Shown one piece after another: positions 1 through 13,916 of a stretch of 64,000 nt of DNA. Source of the DNA: Kudoa neothunni (Eukaryota; Animalia; Cnidaria). A program made the translations under genes and the position numbers. The notes under the pieces were generated by a model that was given only the letters and a program-made list of their open reading frames with translations, did no database searches and was not told the origin of the DNA. Every line of letters begins with the position of its first letter. The first letter of the stretch is position 1. Location of the stretch: assembly GCA_964304625.1 (NCBI GenBank), contig OZ199838.1, forward strand, positions 16,537,469 through 16,601,468. The letters are read 5' to 3'.

Positions 1-3000
1 CTCCAAATATGCTTGATGCACTCATGCTTTTTAAAATGTCATAGGGGAAAGCTACGTGACCAGTTATAGTCACTTGTCTTAACTAAACATTCCTTATTAC
101 ATATAACTTAATTTTGAGCCCCGAATGAACTACAAAATTATCAGATATGGATGAAATTGACGAGACGATACTAGAGTAGAAGATTGCAAAAGATTAATTG
201 GATGGTATTAGCGATAATAGGGACGTTATGAAATCTACAATGAAGGATATCGAAAAGAATAAATTGATTGTGTACATATAAATATAATTTCAAAAATTTT
301 CTTCAACTTAATTACGTGCTTTTTAAAAACTGTGATATAGTTCTAACAAATTATAAAAATCAGGTTTTTTTTGTGTGCGCTTGCTTATTTGGTGCGTAAA
401 TCGGTTACTCAGTGTACTCACATTAATGTTTTGTCCATTCATTAATCAATAACAAAATAATCTAAGTCCCACATTTTATTAAAACTTCTGCATTCAAGGT
501 TGACCTCTGTATTCTTCCATCGTTCGACATTTTTTCTCTCATTATTCCATAATGTAAAACGTATACAAATCAATTCATATATTTGAACATGAGTGAGAAT
601 GAAATCAATAAAAAAACGTGTTACGTATAGATCGGCGTGATGTTTGATTGTTATATATAATTAGAAATTTATTCCAATTATTATAAATGTATATCGATAA
701 ATATTATGATATATTTATCCTACGCAAAGAATAGTATCATCTTACGAATTATGAGAATGTGAGTTGTTCCCAGTTGAGAGCTAATTATAGTATTATTTTT
801 TATCAAAATCAATTTAAGTTATTCATCTAATACACTACTTTAGATAAAATTTTCAAAATTAAGTCCCAAAACAATTTTCTTTTTAATTAACAGAAATGTC
901 AGGGGGTCGTAACTTTGAGACTTCTGATGTTAAATATTAAATAAAATATAATTATTTTTAAAAAAGTTATGTAAAAATTAGATAAACTAATTAATTAAAA
1001 TTTCAAATTATTTTTATATATTTTTTATTTAATACGGATATATAATCAATAAAGTTTAATTTGTGAAAGTATAGTAGCTATTCAATCTATAAATATGTTG
1101 AAATAATTAATTAATATTTTTAAATGCAAATCTTCGGATATTAAACTGCTTAACTCTTCAATTGACGCTTATATTCCTCAAAGTCAAATATTCAAAATCG
1201 TAACAATAAAAATTTATTTTAATCCGCAACGTGCTATATTATTCATTCATAATTTTCTCCGCGTTATTTTGACGTTGGTATCTTTAACAAATGGTCGACA
1301 ATAGCAATTTTCGTCGAACAAATAAGCATATTCCTTTCCTTGGAATTCAATACGAAATAAGCGAATAGGTCAATAAATCATAATTGAGCGTTTATATTAA
1401 AATTGAACTTAATCGTGGAAGTAACTATTGACACGTTCATAATATCCAGGTGAGCGTAGTTTTGACTGTAATCATTTAATTTTTTAAGCCTAAGACTAAA
1501 AATGATAACAATTTATTGAATAAAGCATATTACAAAAAAATAAGTATTATACATCAATTATAAATAGAATTTTCAAGGATTAAAAATATGTGTCGATAAC
1601 AACTGCTTTTAAATAATGGAATAAGAAACATTGACTAAAGTATAATTAATATTCGAATGTAGCGTTTGGAGGTTGGTCGATACGATGAGCAATCTCTCTG
1701 ATATTATACGATTCGCTGCATTATGCCTAAAGAAATTAAAATTCAGAAATTCATTTTTGACTTTTCTCGTATATTAAATACAATAATAAATTTAATTGTT
1801 TCAAGATTTTAGAAATATTAATATAATGAGATAATCAAAGAATCAAAGAATCAAAGAATCATAGAATCATAGAATGTAGGTTATTATTTCCTAAATATTG
1901 AAATAAAATGGTTAAAACGTAGAATAGTGGCCTCATGTACCGATTAAAGATTATAATTAATTCAGACATTAATCCTTATTTTTTTAAATCATATTTGTAA
2001 GAAATATGTTTAACATTTAATGGTAGTAATTAATTATAATAAATGAAATTCTTACTCATATAGACATTCAATTAATAGAAGGCAATTGTTAAGGATGAAA
2101 TATGACGTTTGATAAAAAATCATAGTTGCCACTCAAATTTTAGGATAAATAAAGCAATCTTTACTTGATCGATTAAATGATATATCTTTGTAAATAACTG
2201 CAAAAGGCTAGCAGTTATTCAAAGAATATATTGCAGCAACTAATATTGATAATAAATACAGTGCCTAAACTAAACTAAACTACTGATGATGATGATGATG
2301 AAATAATGATCAATACAAAAATTAAACTAATTAAAATAATCAACAGGTTCGATTTTTATCGTGATCGCTGATTTGGATAACGGTCACTATTCTAAATTTG
2401 AACCAAGAGATGTTATATATGTATCTGAACATTGGTAATTCATAAGATGATGTAAAATTCACCTAATTATAAAAATTGAAAAAACAAACCAATAATATTC
2501 CTTAGTAGCACCTTAAAAAGACAGAAAATTTCAATCGAAATTCTCCCCAACAACTAAGAACGTATAAATATAGAATAAAAAAAAGTCAAGGCAACATTTA
2601 TATATAAACTAAATAATGTATGATTCAAATATATAATTGAATAATCGGAATTTGAGTAAATCGGGAAAAGTCGGTAAATTAAACAGAACCTAATACTTAG
2701 TTTTTTTAAGGTAGAATAAAATAAATCTGCCTCCCGCATAAAATTTTTCTTCAATTAGAATTTTATCTAGCAGCTCATATATACATATATACATATATAC
2801 ATTGGTCAGATTTTATGGAAGAGAATATTATTTGACTGTTGAATTTGATAAGATTAAAGTATTGAATAATATTAACCGATGATATATTCTTTCCCAAAAA
2901 AATAACTTATTTCGATTTTCTTAACGACATAAAATATGGTTGTAATGTGACAACAATCGATTAGGTATTATAGAATTTGAGAAGAATTTTCTCGAGTGGG

Positions 3001-3595
3001 TTTATTTATTCAAAAGATAATCCAATAGATAAAATTTCCAATAACAAAAATATAACGAACGAAAATCACCCAGGGTCACCGCAACACTGCCCCCAATCAA
3101 TAACAATCAACCAAACTCGATAATACCGAGAAATACGCTAAAAACACCAAATTACATCCCATAAAGTTGGGCATAACTCCAGCAACTTTTATTGTTTAAA
3201 TGTACACAACTTTTTAACACGTTACACCCGTGCCGATAGCTTCAATGTAGCACAGTGTGAAAATGTGATTACAATAGAAAAACAAAACAACGAAATCCTA
3301 AAGATATTATCCATTAAAAAGAAGCAAACCTCAACAAAACTAATACGAGAAAATTAGTTTAAACAAAAAGATGCGGAGTTTTCATATAAGTTAATCTCAA
3401 CAGCAACCTCCACAACAGCAATAATCGTGACGACTGCATATGCGCAAGCCATCGATCCTAAGCCTATTAAATTATCAAAGATTTACTACTAAAGCCTATC
3501 CATTTGAAGGTTGGGATTGATTTCTAAATCAAGTAGTATCTTCAGTTATAAGTTGGTAGATTTGTATTGGAAAATAAAACAATTATAATATTGGA

Positions 3596-4622
3596 ATGAA
3601 TTCGAATCCAAAACCACAATCGTTCAAGTTGGTTCTACTAGGTAGATTTTCCATATGTATCTATTGGGGAGAGTGTGTTCGGGTTGAACATGTCGTCATG
3701 AATCATTATTTTTATCGTCCTATTGATCAGATATTTTAAGGCGATGTCTGCTGTTGGGAAATCTAGTTTGGTGTTACGATTTGTCAAGGGTCAATTTCAA
3801 GAATATCAAGAAAGCACTATTGGTGGTATATCTTATGGGTTTTGAATTCACACACATACATATATATACATACATAATTAATTCAGCTGCATTTTTAACA
3901 CAAACTGTTCCATCCAATAACGGCACAATCAAATTTGAAATATGGGATACAGCCGGCCAAGAAAGTATCACCATCCAATGATAGTGTGAAATCGATTTGA
4001 GTGTTTATTGTGAATATTTAGGATATCACAGTTTGGGCGCCTATGTATTATCGCGGCTCACAAGCAGCAATTGTTTGTATATGTATCACTAATATGGTAA
4101 TTAATTGATTGATTGATTCCGATTCTGCTTGACATTTTTGTTATTTGAGCAAAAAATATGACATCTATTGATACCGATGAATAATATTGATCGGAAATTT
4201 TAGGATAGCTACACAAGAGCACAAACTTGGGTAAAAGAATTACAACGCCAAGCCAATGCCGCTACCGTGATTGCTTTGGCGGGAAATAAATTGGATTTGA
4301 GCTCAAAACGAGCGGTAGATGAAAATGTATGTGTGAATGAATCGATGTGAACTATGATTTATGTGGGGTGTTTTTCGGTGGTGTAGATTGGGCAAACTTT
4401 TGCCGAAGAAAATGGCTTCTTTTTATGGAAACATCCGCCAAAACTGCCACCAATGTTAGCGAACTCTTCCTAGCCATTGGTATGGTATTATTTGGGAACT
4501 CAAGGTGATAATATATGTGATTTTAGCTAATAAAATGCCGTTGGATAACACTCAAACCTCGTCTAACAATGGTGTCAATCTAAACAAAACCGGAAATGAA
4601 AACAAGTCAGGTTGTTGTTTAA
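3596..4622 (+). CDS. RAB5: Rab5 family small GTPase, 7 exons, interrupted by about six 1-nt indels (probable sequence errors)
   Basis: Spliced reconstruction gives [16 protein letters not shown](E)[34 protein letters not shown]...[30 protein letters not shown]...[21 protein letters not shown]...METSAKTA...KSGCC. The Rab5 signatures IGAAF and YYRGxQAA and the terminal CC prenylation motif are present, with GT-AG introns. Confidence 0.93.
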
Positions 4623-7600
4623 TTTTTTCCAGTCTACAAATCAATATCCAACCTATCAACAAATACGCATAATTTTTATCCCTTTTGAATTTTTGACCTT
4701 TCTCTTTCCACTTTATTCTATTATCATGTTATAAGTTATGGTTGTGTTGTTCTTTCAAGTTGTTCCAATGGTTTTATTGTAAATTCTATAAGTAACACGT
4801 TTCTGTGACAAATTAGCTATTTTGTTACATGGAATTAAGTTTTAAATATTTTAATCAATAATATGCCATACGATTTATGAGCGGGGGGAGTGTAGCAAGG
4901 AATTTGAGGGTGTGATAATTTATTTTTTATATTGGTTTGATTTCAGTCATTGAACTTAAATAGATGTATGTCTGATTTTGAGCACTTTTTTAAAGCTTAT
5001 AATTTTAATTGTGGAATTTACAGTAGATATGTCACAATTTTTTGGTGTATTTATTAAATAATTAATATAATGTGATTGATATATTTTTGACAATTTTTTT
5101 AAATGGATTAGTTATGTTTCTTTGACAAATAATGGTTCAAAAAATTGAATAAGTATAACATAATCAAATACTTTACGAATATTGTTGCAAAGTGATGCTT
5201 ATCTGTTCATATAAAATAATGTACCATATCCTTCATTTCCAACTCTAACCACATTATTTAAACGAATATAAAATTGAAAAGTGTTTAAAATAACTGTTTA
5301 GTTGTCATTTTAAGTCCATTTATTAAACAAGATTGTAAAAGTTTTAATATTTTTGAAAAAAAAATAGATCGGATCATGCTTGCTTGCTTGCTTGCTTCGT
5401 AGGAGAAGAATACTATGAATTATTCGAGAAAATCTTGAAGTTTATTTTCTGAAATATTCCAACAAAGTTTAAATGGATAGTAATCGGAGAGAAAATCTAT
5501 TTTTTTTTGTTGAATGGATAGGCTTAGAGAATGCAAAAAATGGTATAATCTGTAAATATTAAAAAGAAAAATTATTTTCTACAAATTTTTAAATTTTGAG
5601 AGAATTCTATCCAGTAAATATTAAATAAATAACTTATTATGATGCATATAATGCGCGATGCAGATACAACCATATCAGAAGAAGATTATGGTGACTTTTA
5701 TACTGATTATTCAATTAATGAAGAATATTCATCATTTCGCATAGTTTCGTATTGTATAGGGCATTCAACAACATGTGATAACTGTTTTATGAAATAATCA
5801 CTGTTTACCATCATTCTGTGGTGTTTCTTCGTAATATTATATCGTGTTGGTTATAAAAAGATAAATTAACAAAAAGTAGTTAAATTATATGAGTGTATTT
5901 TTCAAATAAAAAAACCTAGAAATACAATCATATTCCAAAATAACGTATCAACATGTAATTTTGTGCTTGCGCGTAACGAGATATAATATTAATAATTCAT
6001 TATTTATGCCTAATTCAAATGATGAATTTTCCTCATATTTTTTATTTCGATATTAACTTCTATTTAGAACAATTTTAAAAAATAAAACGCAGTACATTTC
6101 CACCCTATTTTATTTGGAAGGTATAGATTTCTCGGCTATCAAGAGGGTAAACAATTCATGTCGTTCTTTATGAATCCATAAAAGAATAAAAATTGTTTTA
6201 TGCAATGTAAAAACTTAAAGTTGATAACACTAGCCAATTTAATAATTAATTACGACTATTTTACTATGGTTCATTAATTTAAATTGAATTTATATTGTTA
6301 CAAGTATGAAAACTAAATTTTCCACAATATATACGTAGGAAAAAACATAGATCAGATCTTCGGATACAATCGAAAGATATCGATTTTGTAGTATTCTTAA
6401 ATTTTTTCCTTATTCCCATGATAGAATTATTTTTTACTAAAAAGCGTGAACTTGTATGATTTTATAAACCAAAATAGATATAAAAAGGTGGGGTCTAGTG
6501 AACCCAAAAAAGGACGTGGTGTATAGGAGATTTTGACGTGCTTGGAGGGTTAAAAAAGCGGTTAAGATATTTCTCTGCCAGTTATTTAGTTTCATTAATG
6601 ACTGGGAAATTATTAATAAAACATTTTTCGTCAGTAAATGATATGTCTAGTTAATTATTCTTTTTATTAAAGCAGTTTTAGATAAATGTTTACATTCTTG
6701 TTAGAATTTTAAAGTTCCAAGTAGTTCTTATTGTTTTTCCTTATTTAGTTCTCATCTAAGTGCCTCTTATTAACTATTTTGTTCTTATCATCCTGAATTT
6801 TCGCATTTAGAGCGTTACTATGTTACAAACATTATAACTTTAGGTAACAACATAAATTTTGCGCACGCGGTTGTAGTTCCTTATTTTTCGGTAACAAACC
6901 ATGGAGTCAATAAATACAATAGTTGTAAACAAAAATTGATAACGTGTTTTAATATTATGATTTAAAGTATGAAGTTTAATATGATGAAATAATCCAAGTA
7001 CTGATTCTTGTCATTATTGTAAGATAAAATAATATTTAGATAACTACAATTTGAATAGATTCAGGGTACTGTGGTGTTAATAGTTAATGTAAATAATAAA
7101 TTTTGTAATTTCTCAAGAATACATAAAAATAAAATAAATCTCAAAATTTTATTCAAAATTACAAAAACGTTTAGTTTATAATATTTAGTATTCGCGAATT
7201 TTAACGTTTTACTAAGCTTTTGAATAATATTATTATAGAATCAATGCGAAATGATTTTGAATTATTAAATATTTTTTTCGTAGCCAAATTAACAAAATCA
7301 AGCCAACATAAAGAATTAAATACGAGCTTAATTTGGATATGTAAAAATTTTTTCAATCAAAATTTGGATTATTTTTTATATTTGAAAGAAAAAGTTGTTG
7401 AAAAAAATTATAAGCTAAAACTATTCATTTTTCAATTATAAACCGAATAATATTGGAAAAAAAATAATTTTGAAACTAATTTACAGATGATGTTTAATTG
7501 TCCAAAACAATTTTGTTCATACTTCTCAGTTATTACCTTAAAAATCGATAAAATTCACTGTATTTAACATTTTATCACATTAAATGTTGTTTTGCAATTT

Positions 7601-7832
7601 ATTTAAATGTAATTATTACTCAATGACTGTATTTATGTCATGTGTATGTGTGATTCACGATTAAATATAAGTTGTCGATGAGATAATTTGTTTACTATGT
7701 TGTAAGAGTGAAACCTACCTGATTAAGACTGGTTTCAAAAAATAGAAGGGATTTATATGTGAGTTATGTATCGGAATAATAAATGTGTATAAGCGTAAAC
7801 TTTATTGCACATGTATTCATTTTAAAAAATTA

Positions 7833-8090
7833 CAGTCAGTAATCGATTTTACACATTTTTTGTGAAGTTATTTAACTATAATTCTAATTGTTTTAATTAT
7901 TTACATAAACAAATATATTCAACTTAACGGAAATTTCTGTTCAAGTAATCGACTGTAAAGGACGCAAATTACATACAAAAAATCACGTGATACAACCCGA
8001 TTTTGCACGCTTTTTCGAGACATTCTGTTGATCAATATTGAATTATTCCCAACAAAGTTAGAAATATGGCGACAAGCGAGGTAAAAATAT
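7833..8090 (+). mobile_element. Partial copy of the 57590-58249 MITE family
   Basis: Starts TA-cagtcagtaatcgattt and is collinear with the reverse complement of 57990-58249. Confidence 0.65.
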
Positions 8091-10185
8091 TTCGAAACTC
8101 GCAGCTACATTGAGCCATGGGGATTCATTTATCCCTCCCCAATTGCACTTCCCCATTTTACAATAATTATTATAGGACTATTTCCTACGCCAAATATAAA
8201 TTATATAAGATTAAATATATTTATTTTATATCATAATTTTTATCTTCAGCGAGATGAATCACAACATAATTCATATTTAACCGGATTTTGAGAGAAAACA
8301 AAAATTATTAAACATTTGAACTGTAGAAATTTACAAAAGCTAATGAATAAGATAATTTGTTTTGGTGTATTTTAAAAAACTTACGTGTGTTCCCATGGGG
8401 GGTCGGTCAGCGACCCCAGTGGTTTTTTACTATAATGATTGAGTATGATTATAACTGTTAATATATAGATGAATTAATCTTTTGACCGTTAAAATATATG
8501 TTTAAAATATCCACGCGACAGAAGAATTGTTAAAAATAACGTAGTCATGTCGAGAGACATTACCAATTAAACTTATCCAAACAAAATTTAAAATGGTGGA
8601 GTATAATAGATATAACTATTTGGGGGTTCGTTTCTAACTGAAGGTGACATAAAAGAAACTTCTACGTCAATTTTAATATCAATATTAGGCTGCTCGTTCA
8701 TGTCACTATCAAGAGATAACTCCGGTGAAGTTTGGTAATTCAACATTGAAATTACACTAAGGTATGTTTACAACACCTCTTGTGAAATAAAGAATAATGT
8801 TGAGTCTAAATAAAGTAAGGATGAATTTATTTGAATTATGAGTGAAAATAGTTTAAATCGTTTCAATAGTTTATATGGAGATGGCCTGGCTTAATTTTAC
8901 TAAAAATTAAACAAATAAATCGATTAACATAAATGTTTATTTGTTAGTTTTATGGAATAGGGAATCGTTGAAATTTGGCGATATCATGACACAGAAATAA
9001 AGTGACTAAGTATAATATTATTAATTATTAGACTAAACTATTAATTTTAATAAATATACGGCCATCTTTTAGTTTATGGAAAAAATAAATATTTAAAAAC
9101 ACATCTGGAAACCTGTTCGGTTTTCAACCCCGCAAAAACCTTGACTACAATAATGATAGTGGGTTTAATCTCTTTTAATCCTATTCCATCTTCGGAATCT
9201 TTATAACAGATAACAAAAATGGATTACAAATTACAATATTCCTCAGTTTTGTCGTAACAATATGTATTCAAATGATCAATGTTCATTTTACTTATCATAT
9301 AAACTAAATACACTTAATACAACCGTATAAAATAATATTTAAGTAACATATATTAGTGGTACGTAACATTAAACAAAAATTGGAACCGATAGAATTCTAT
9401 AATTTATCTGAATTTTTTTATTTCTAAACAATACACTTTAAGCTAAGATTACATGAACCCAAAAATTAAAGTTAAAAGTTTAATTAGGTAAAACAAACAT
9501 TTACCAGAAATGAGGTCACGGATGACCCCGCATGGTCCGGGAAGGGTTAAATAAAAAACTGGTGGAAATGAAAAAGAAGAATTTTCATTTATTTTATTAT
9601 GCCTATCTATAATTTTATCAAATTTGAAATTTTTAAGACTTAATTTCCTTTAGTTTCACAGTTAGCTTATTTTCTACGGTCAGGTGAACTCGTTGGTGAC
9701 TAACATTTTGCCCGATCCTTGCAATCTCACTTTTATAAAAGGAAATTACAAATATAAGAATTTAAATAATTCTCATTTATTATACTAACTAAGATTGAAT
9801 CTTATATGAATATTTTATCGAGAACCAACATAGATATTGTTTACGAATAATATTTCGCAAATATCAGTCAAACTTATTACTTATTCATTTAGGTGATATA
9901 AAGTGATCCTAAAATAAAAATTATAATTCATATTTATCACTAATAAAATTTTACCATTTTTGAAAGCATAGAAAATGAATTTTTCATCTGGTTACATCAT
10001 TATTTTAAAACACCATTTACTACTGATATTTAATTACATATGTATAGTTTTCGAAATTAATAAAAATTGATTAATTATTGTTTAGTGGATCATTAAATGA
10101 AAAAAATATTAATGAGAACTTTTATGAAAGAAAGTAAATTTTTTATAAATTACATACTATCATGATATTATGGATATTCATATAA

Positions 10186-13100
10186 AATTGTATTTATTGA
10201 TGTATCAAATCCTATTATTAAATTCACATGAATATCAATAGTTAAATCGAAATATGCAGTATAATCTGATTTACACTCTTAATCACAAAATGAAATCTCA
10301 ATTAGTCTCGATTAGTTTGCTAATTGCGTTTTCATGTAATTTATTTAAATTATTTATTTTATTAATTTCTTGAAGATATTAATATAAATACCGCCACTGA
10401 AGAGAAAACAGCAGTCCAAACTTCTACAAAAATACTTTCGTACGACATTGTAGACGACAAAATTCAATTGGTTTTGACTGGGTCAGATTATGTAATAGGT
10501 ACGAAACAATGCCTCATAAAAAAGGAGAAGGTTGATGGAAGTGGATTTGATCAGATGAGTACTTGTGTAAGCAGCACTGACTCAAGCAAATGTGTACGTG
10601 TCTGTGCGGGGGATGGAAACAAAATAGCGTTTAATGTGCTTTCACCCAGAACAAAATATATCTTTGTCTTTTCCGGGACGGAAGCCGATGCAGTAAAAGA
10701 TAAAGATAATGGCGGAGAGGTTTTTGGACTTGCTATTCGTAATTTAAATAAAATTATTTATTTTCATTAATTAAAAATAGCGCTCTTGGTGAATCCATCA
10801 ATAACAGTGTCCATAGATACTAATACGAAAAAATTAACGCTTGCAGCCAAGACATGTAAAAAAAGTTGCCTGTCCTATTGTTTATAAAGGTATTCAATAC
10901 GCGGCCGGTACAATGGGAGACAATTGTGATTCTGATAACAGCGATAACAAAGTTGATTTTGACCTTATGATTCCTTACTATGAGATGATATGCACGAATT
11001 ACCCGAGTTTCTTCTATCAAATGCCAAATCCGTACATGAAAGAAAATATTGACATATACAAACCCCAATACTACGTTACTTACAAGAAAGGTGACACTGA
11101 AAAGAAAAAATATATTCTAAACTTCACCAACTCATTCCCTTCCGAAATTTGTTTATTCAGTATTAAAGACGCTTCAAGTGTTGCTACAGAGCCTCCGAAC
11201 TCTTACGTATCAGTGTGCGGAGGAGGAACTGATAAAAAGTGTTTTGCACCTTGTGATACTGTTGAATTAACACTAACTGAGTCTAAACCAATAGTCGAAA
11301 TATTAGTTCAGACCAGATATCATAATTTAGAAACAAGCAGTGGAGCCACTGAAGGTTATGAAGAGAGGAAATATGGTACGATTTTTGTTAAGAGAATGTA
11401 ACTATTCATTTATTATAGCTATCGAAGAGGCTGGCGATACGAATACTCTTTTTAGTTCGCAAACAACTGCAGGGATTACACTTAACCTTTCTGCATACAA
11501 TTCAGCTTCTGCTAGCGCAAAATTTGGTACGTGCACATTAAAGCATTTTCCAGCAGACAAATTCAGGAAAACCAATGGAGAAACAACAAATTGCCAACCC
11601 AGTCAAGCTTGCACTCAGACTTGTGCAACACCTTCTGTTATACAGGGACTATCTGCAGGGAAAGCATACATAATTGAGATCACTCCCGACAACCATAACT
11701 GACCACACAGATTTTAAAGAATACCTGTTTTTCAGAACACGTAAGGGAAATATTCATGTCGTTTATTTAATTATTCTTAGAAAAATCAGATGGATCAAAC
11801 TTCGTCGACACAGCACCCACACCAACTGACGTGACTGCTGCAATTAAAGCGGTTGATGGTGACGTTGGATCAGCAGCAAACTGAACCGACCTGTTCCTAT
11901 TACGTCAGTATAAAAGATAAAAACACGTTCGTAGAAGCAGAATGTGAAGACAGCAATCCATGTAGAGGATTTTGTAAAGACACCAAGAAGTTGATAAATC
12001 TAAACCCTAAAACAAACTACGATATTAAAGTCGTTTCACACGAAGACTATGGAATCAAAATATTTGAAAATATTTCAACTAGTAAAATAATTTAAATTTA
12101 AGCTAATATAAATTATATTCTTTAGCTTGGTCAACCATGACCCCTATCCCAAAGATTCCTAGATAAAGGGTTTAAAGTGGCTGGAACTTTGACATCCGTT
12201 TATCCACAAGCAACATGTCACTATAAAATAAGAGAAAAAGACGGAGAGACTCTACAAGATGTTTATTCCTGTCCAGCAGTTGTCCCCTCCGCTGCCGCCG
12301 ACCAGTCCCAGTCACTGAAGATATTGCTGCTCCTCCTTCACCTACTCAAACTCAGGAAACGACAGAATCAAGGCCGGCCAGCGTTTCAAATTTGTCTGGA
12401 ATAAAGATAGCAAGAGCAGTTAATGCAGAAGAAGAGAATTCGACATCCACTGAACCCGCCATTACTCAATCTATGTTTCCACCATGTAGCAAACCACCAC
12501 TCTGCAGCAATATAATAATTAGTGATGGTTATGAGGCTAATAAAGAATACCAAGTATTGGCGACGGCTGTAGGTCGTTCAGAGGAAGTTACAATCGATAT
12601 TCCTAAAAGTACTATAACAAAATTAATATAGATATTTTCTAAATTGTCATATAAATATAGATTCACTCCCAGAACTATCTCAAGATACGAACAAACAAAT
12701 TACCGTTGTTATTGAGAGAGTAGGAGATACGTTAAAAATCACGTCATTGCTTCCAAAAGAAAAGGATGATAATTCAGTATGTCGATGGATACTGAGAGAC
12801 ATCACTGATGTTTCTCAACGAATAGTGAAAAAAATGTGATTCCAGTAGAAGTAAAGTTTGCAAACTTCCAACTTGCAAATCATTTACCATCAAAGAGGTA
12901 AGTGATACCAATGATTATCATTTAACACTTATTCACTCCCGAGATTCCAATGTTAAAGGAATTGGAATAATAAAACGAGGTAACTAACAATTAATAATAA
13001 TTTTTGATTATTATAATTAATAATTTAGGAGAGGACCTCTAATCAATCCAGGTAAAATTAATGTTATAATGTTTAATGTAATGTATTTCTAGGGCGAGCA

Positions 13101-13916
13101 CCTCAATGTATTAAATTTTGAGTTGATATGTTGGAATAAGTTTTCATTTAGGATTGTTGGAATCATTGTTCCAGTCGCTATTGTTATTGTAGGGGTTGGA
13201 TTTTACTTTGGTTATATGAAGAATAAAGGATAACTTTGATTAACTCAGTTAAACATTTGGAACATTTACATTATTTCTTATTAGTTTATAATTTTATAAT
13301 TGAACATATTATAAATATTTGTAAATTTATTTACTAGTAATTATCCATTTTATTTGTAATATTGCTAAATCAAGATGAAATTTCTACGGAAGATTTAACT
13401 TTAATTAATAACTCAAATATCTATTTTTTAGCTAATTGGACAGAATATTATCAATCCTCCGTTGTTTTTACCTAGTTTTGAAGAGATCTGCATTGTATGA
13501 TTAGTTAAACCTATCCAGAAAAAATATTTTATTGTATACGTCTATCTTTATTAGAAAATAACATTTTAACTGTATCTCCTCCACGATTTGTATGATAGTC
13601 ATATACAAAATAACCGATTGATTGATAAATGTCTTCATAATCAATATCTTTTACATTTATATTCAGATTGGTTCCCCGTTTACGTCTTGGAATTTTTTAA
13701 AACATTTATAATCTAAATTAAATGTTCTTAGTATAACCCAACCGAGTATCTACCGCGGAAAATGAGGTTCATTTTGACTACAATTTACTTTGAAGGTTTC
13801 AAACTGCACAAATTCACTGAAATAATAATTAAATATCTTAAAACATATTATTAAGAGATTAATACATAATAGTTAAAATGTAAAAGTCTGATCCCTGTTG
13901 ACAAGAAAATTTTTGA
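10186..13916 (+). repeat. Segmental duplication unit 1 (partner ~21030-24766)
   Basis: Shared from attgtatttattgatgtat (~100 bp upstream of the ATG) to aaaagtctgatccctgt..acaag about 680 bp past the stop; the 3' flanks are nearly identical. Confidence 0.9.
10290..13233 (+). CDS. Cys-rich FN3-like repeat type I membrane protein, copy A (10 exons, about eight +1 frameshifts relative to copy B)
   Basis: Signal peptide MKSQLVSISLLIAFS and TM/tail IVGIIVPVAIVIVGVGFYFGYMKNKG*. Collinear with 21133-24083 and has the same splice sites. Frame is broken by single extra bases near 10864, 11690, 11880, 12142, 12285, 12307, 12834 and 13034. Confidence 0.8.

Noticed and set aside
1832-1875. Short tandem repeats (aatcaaag / aatcatag; also tgct at 5376 and att at 32865)
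   Set aside because: Ordinary slippage repeats.
10820-11068. Antisense ORF conserved in both paralogs (also 21689-21916)
   Set aside because: It overlaps the near-identical block, so its conservation is a by-product.
3596-13233. Programmed frameshifting or insertion/deletion RNA editing
   Set aside because: Indels are confined to the left part of the window, are mostly homopolymer +1, and are absent from four other genes and from paralog B; consensus error is simpler.
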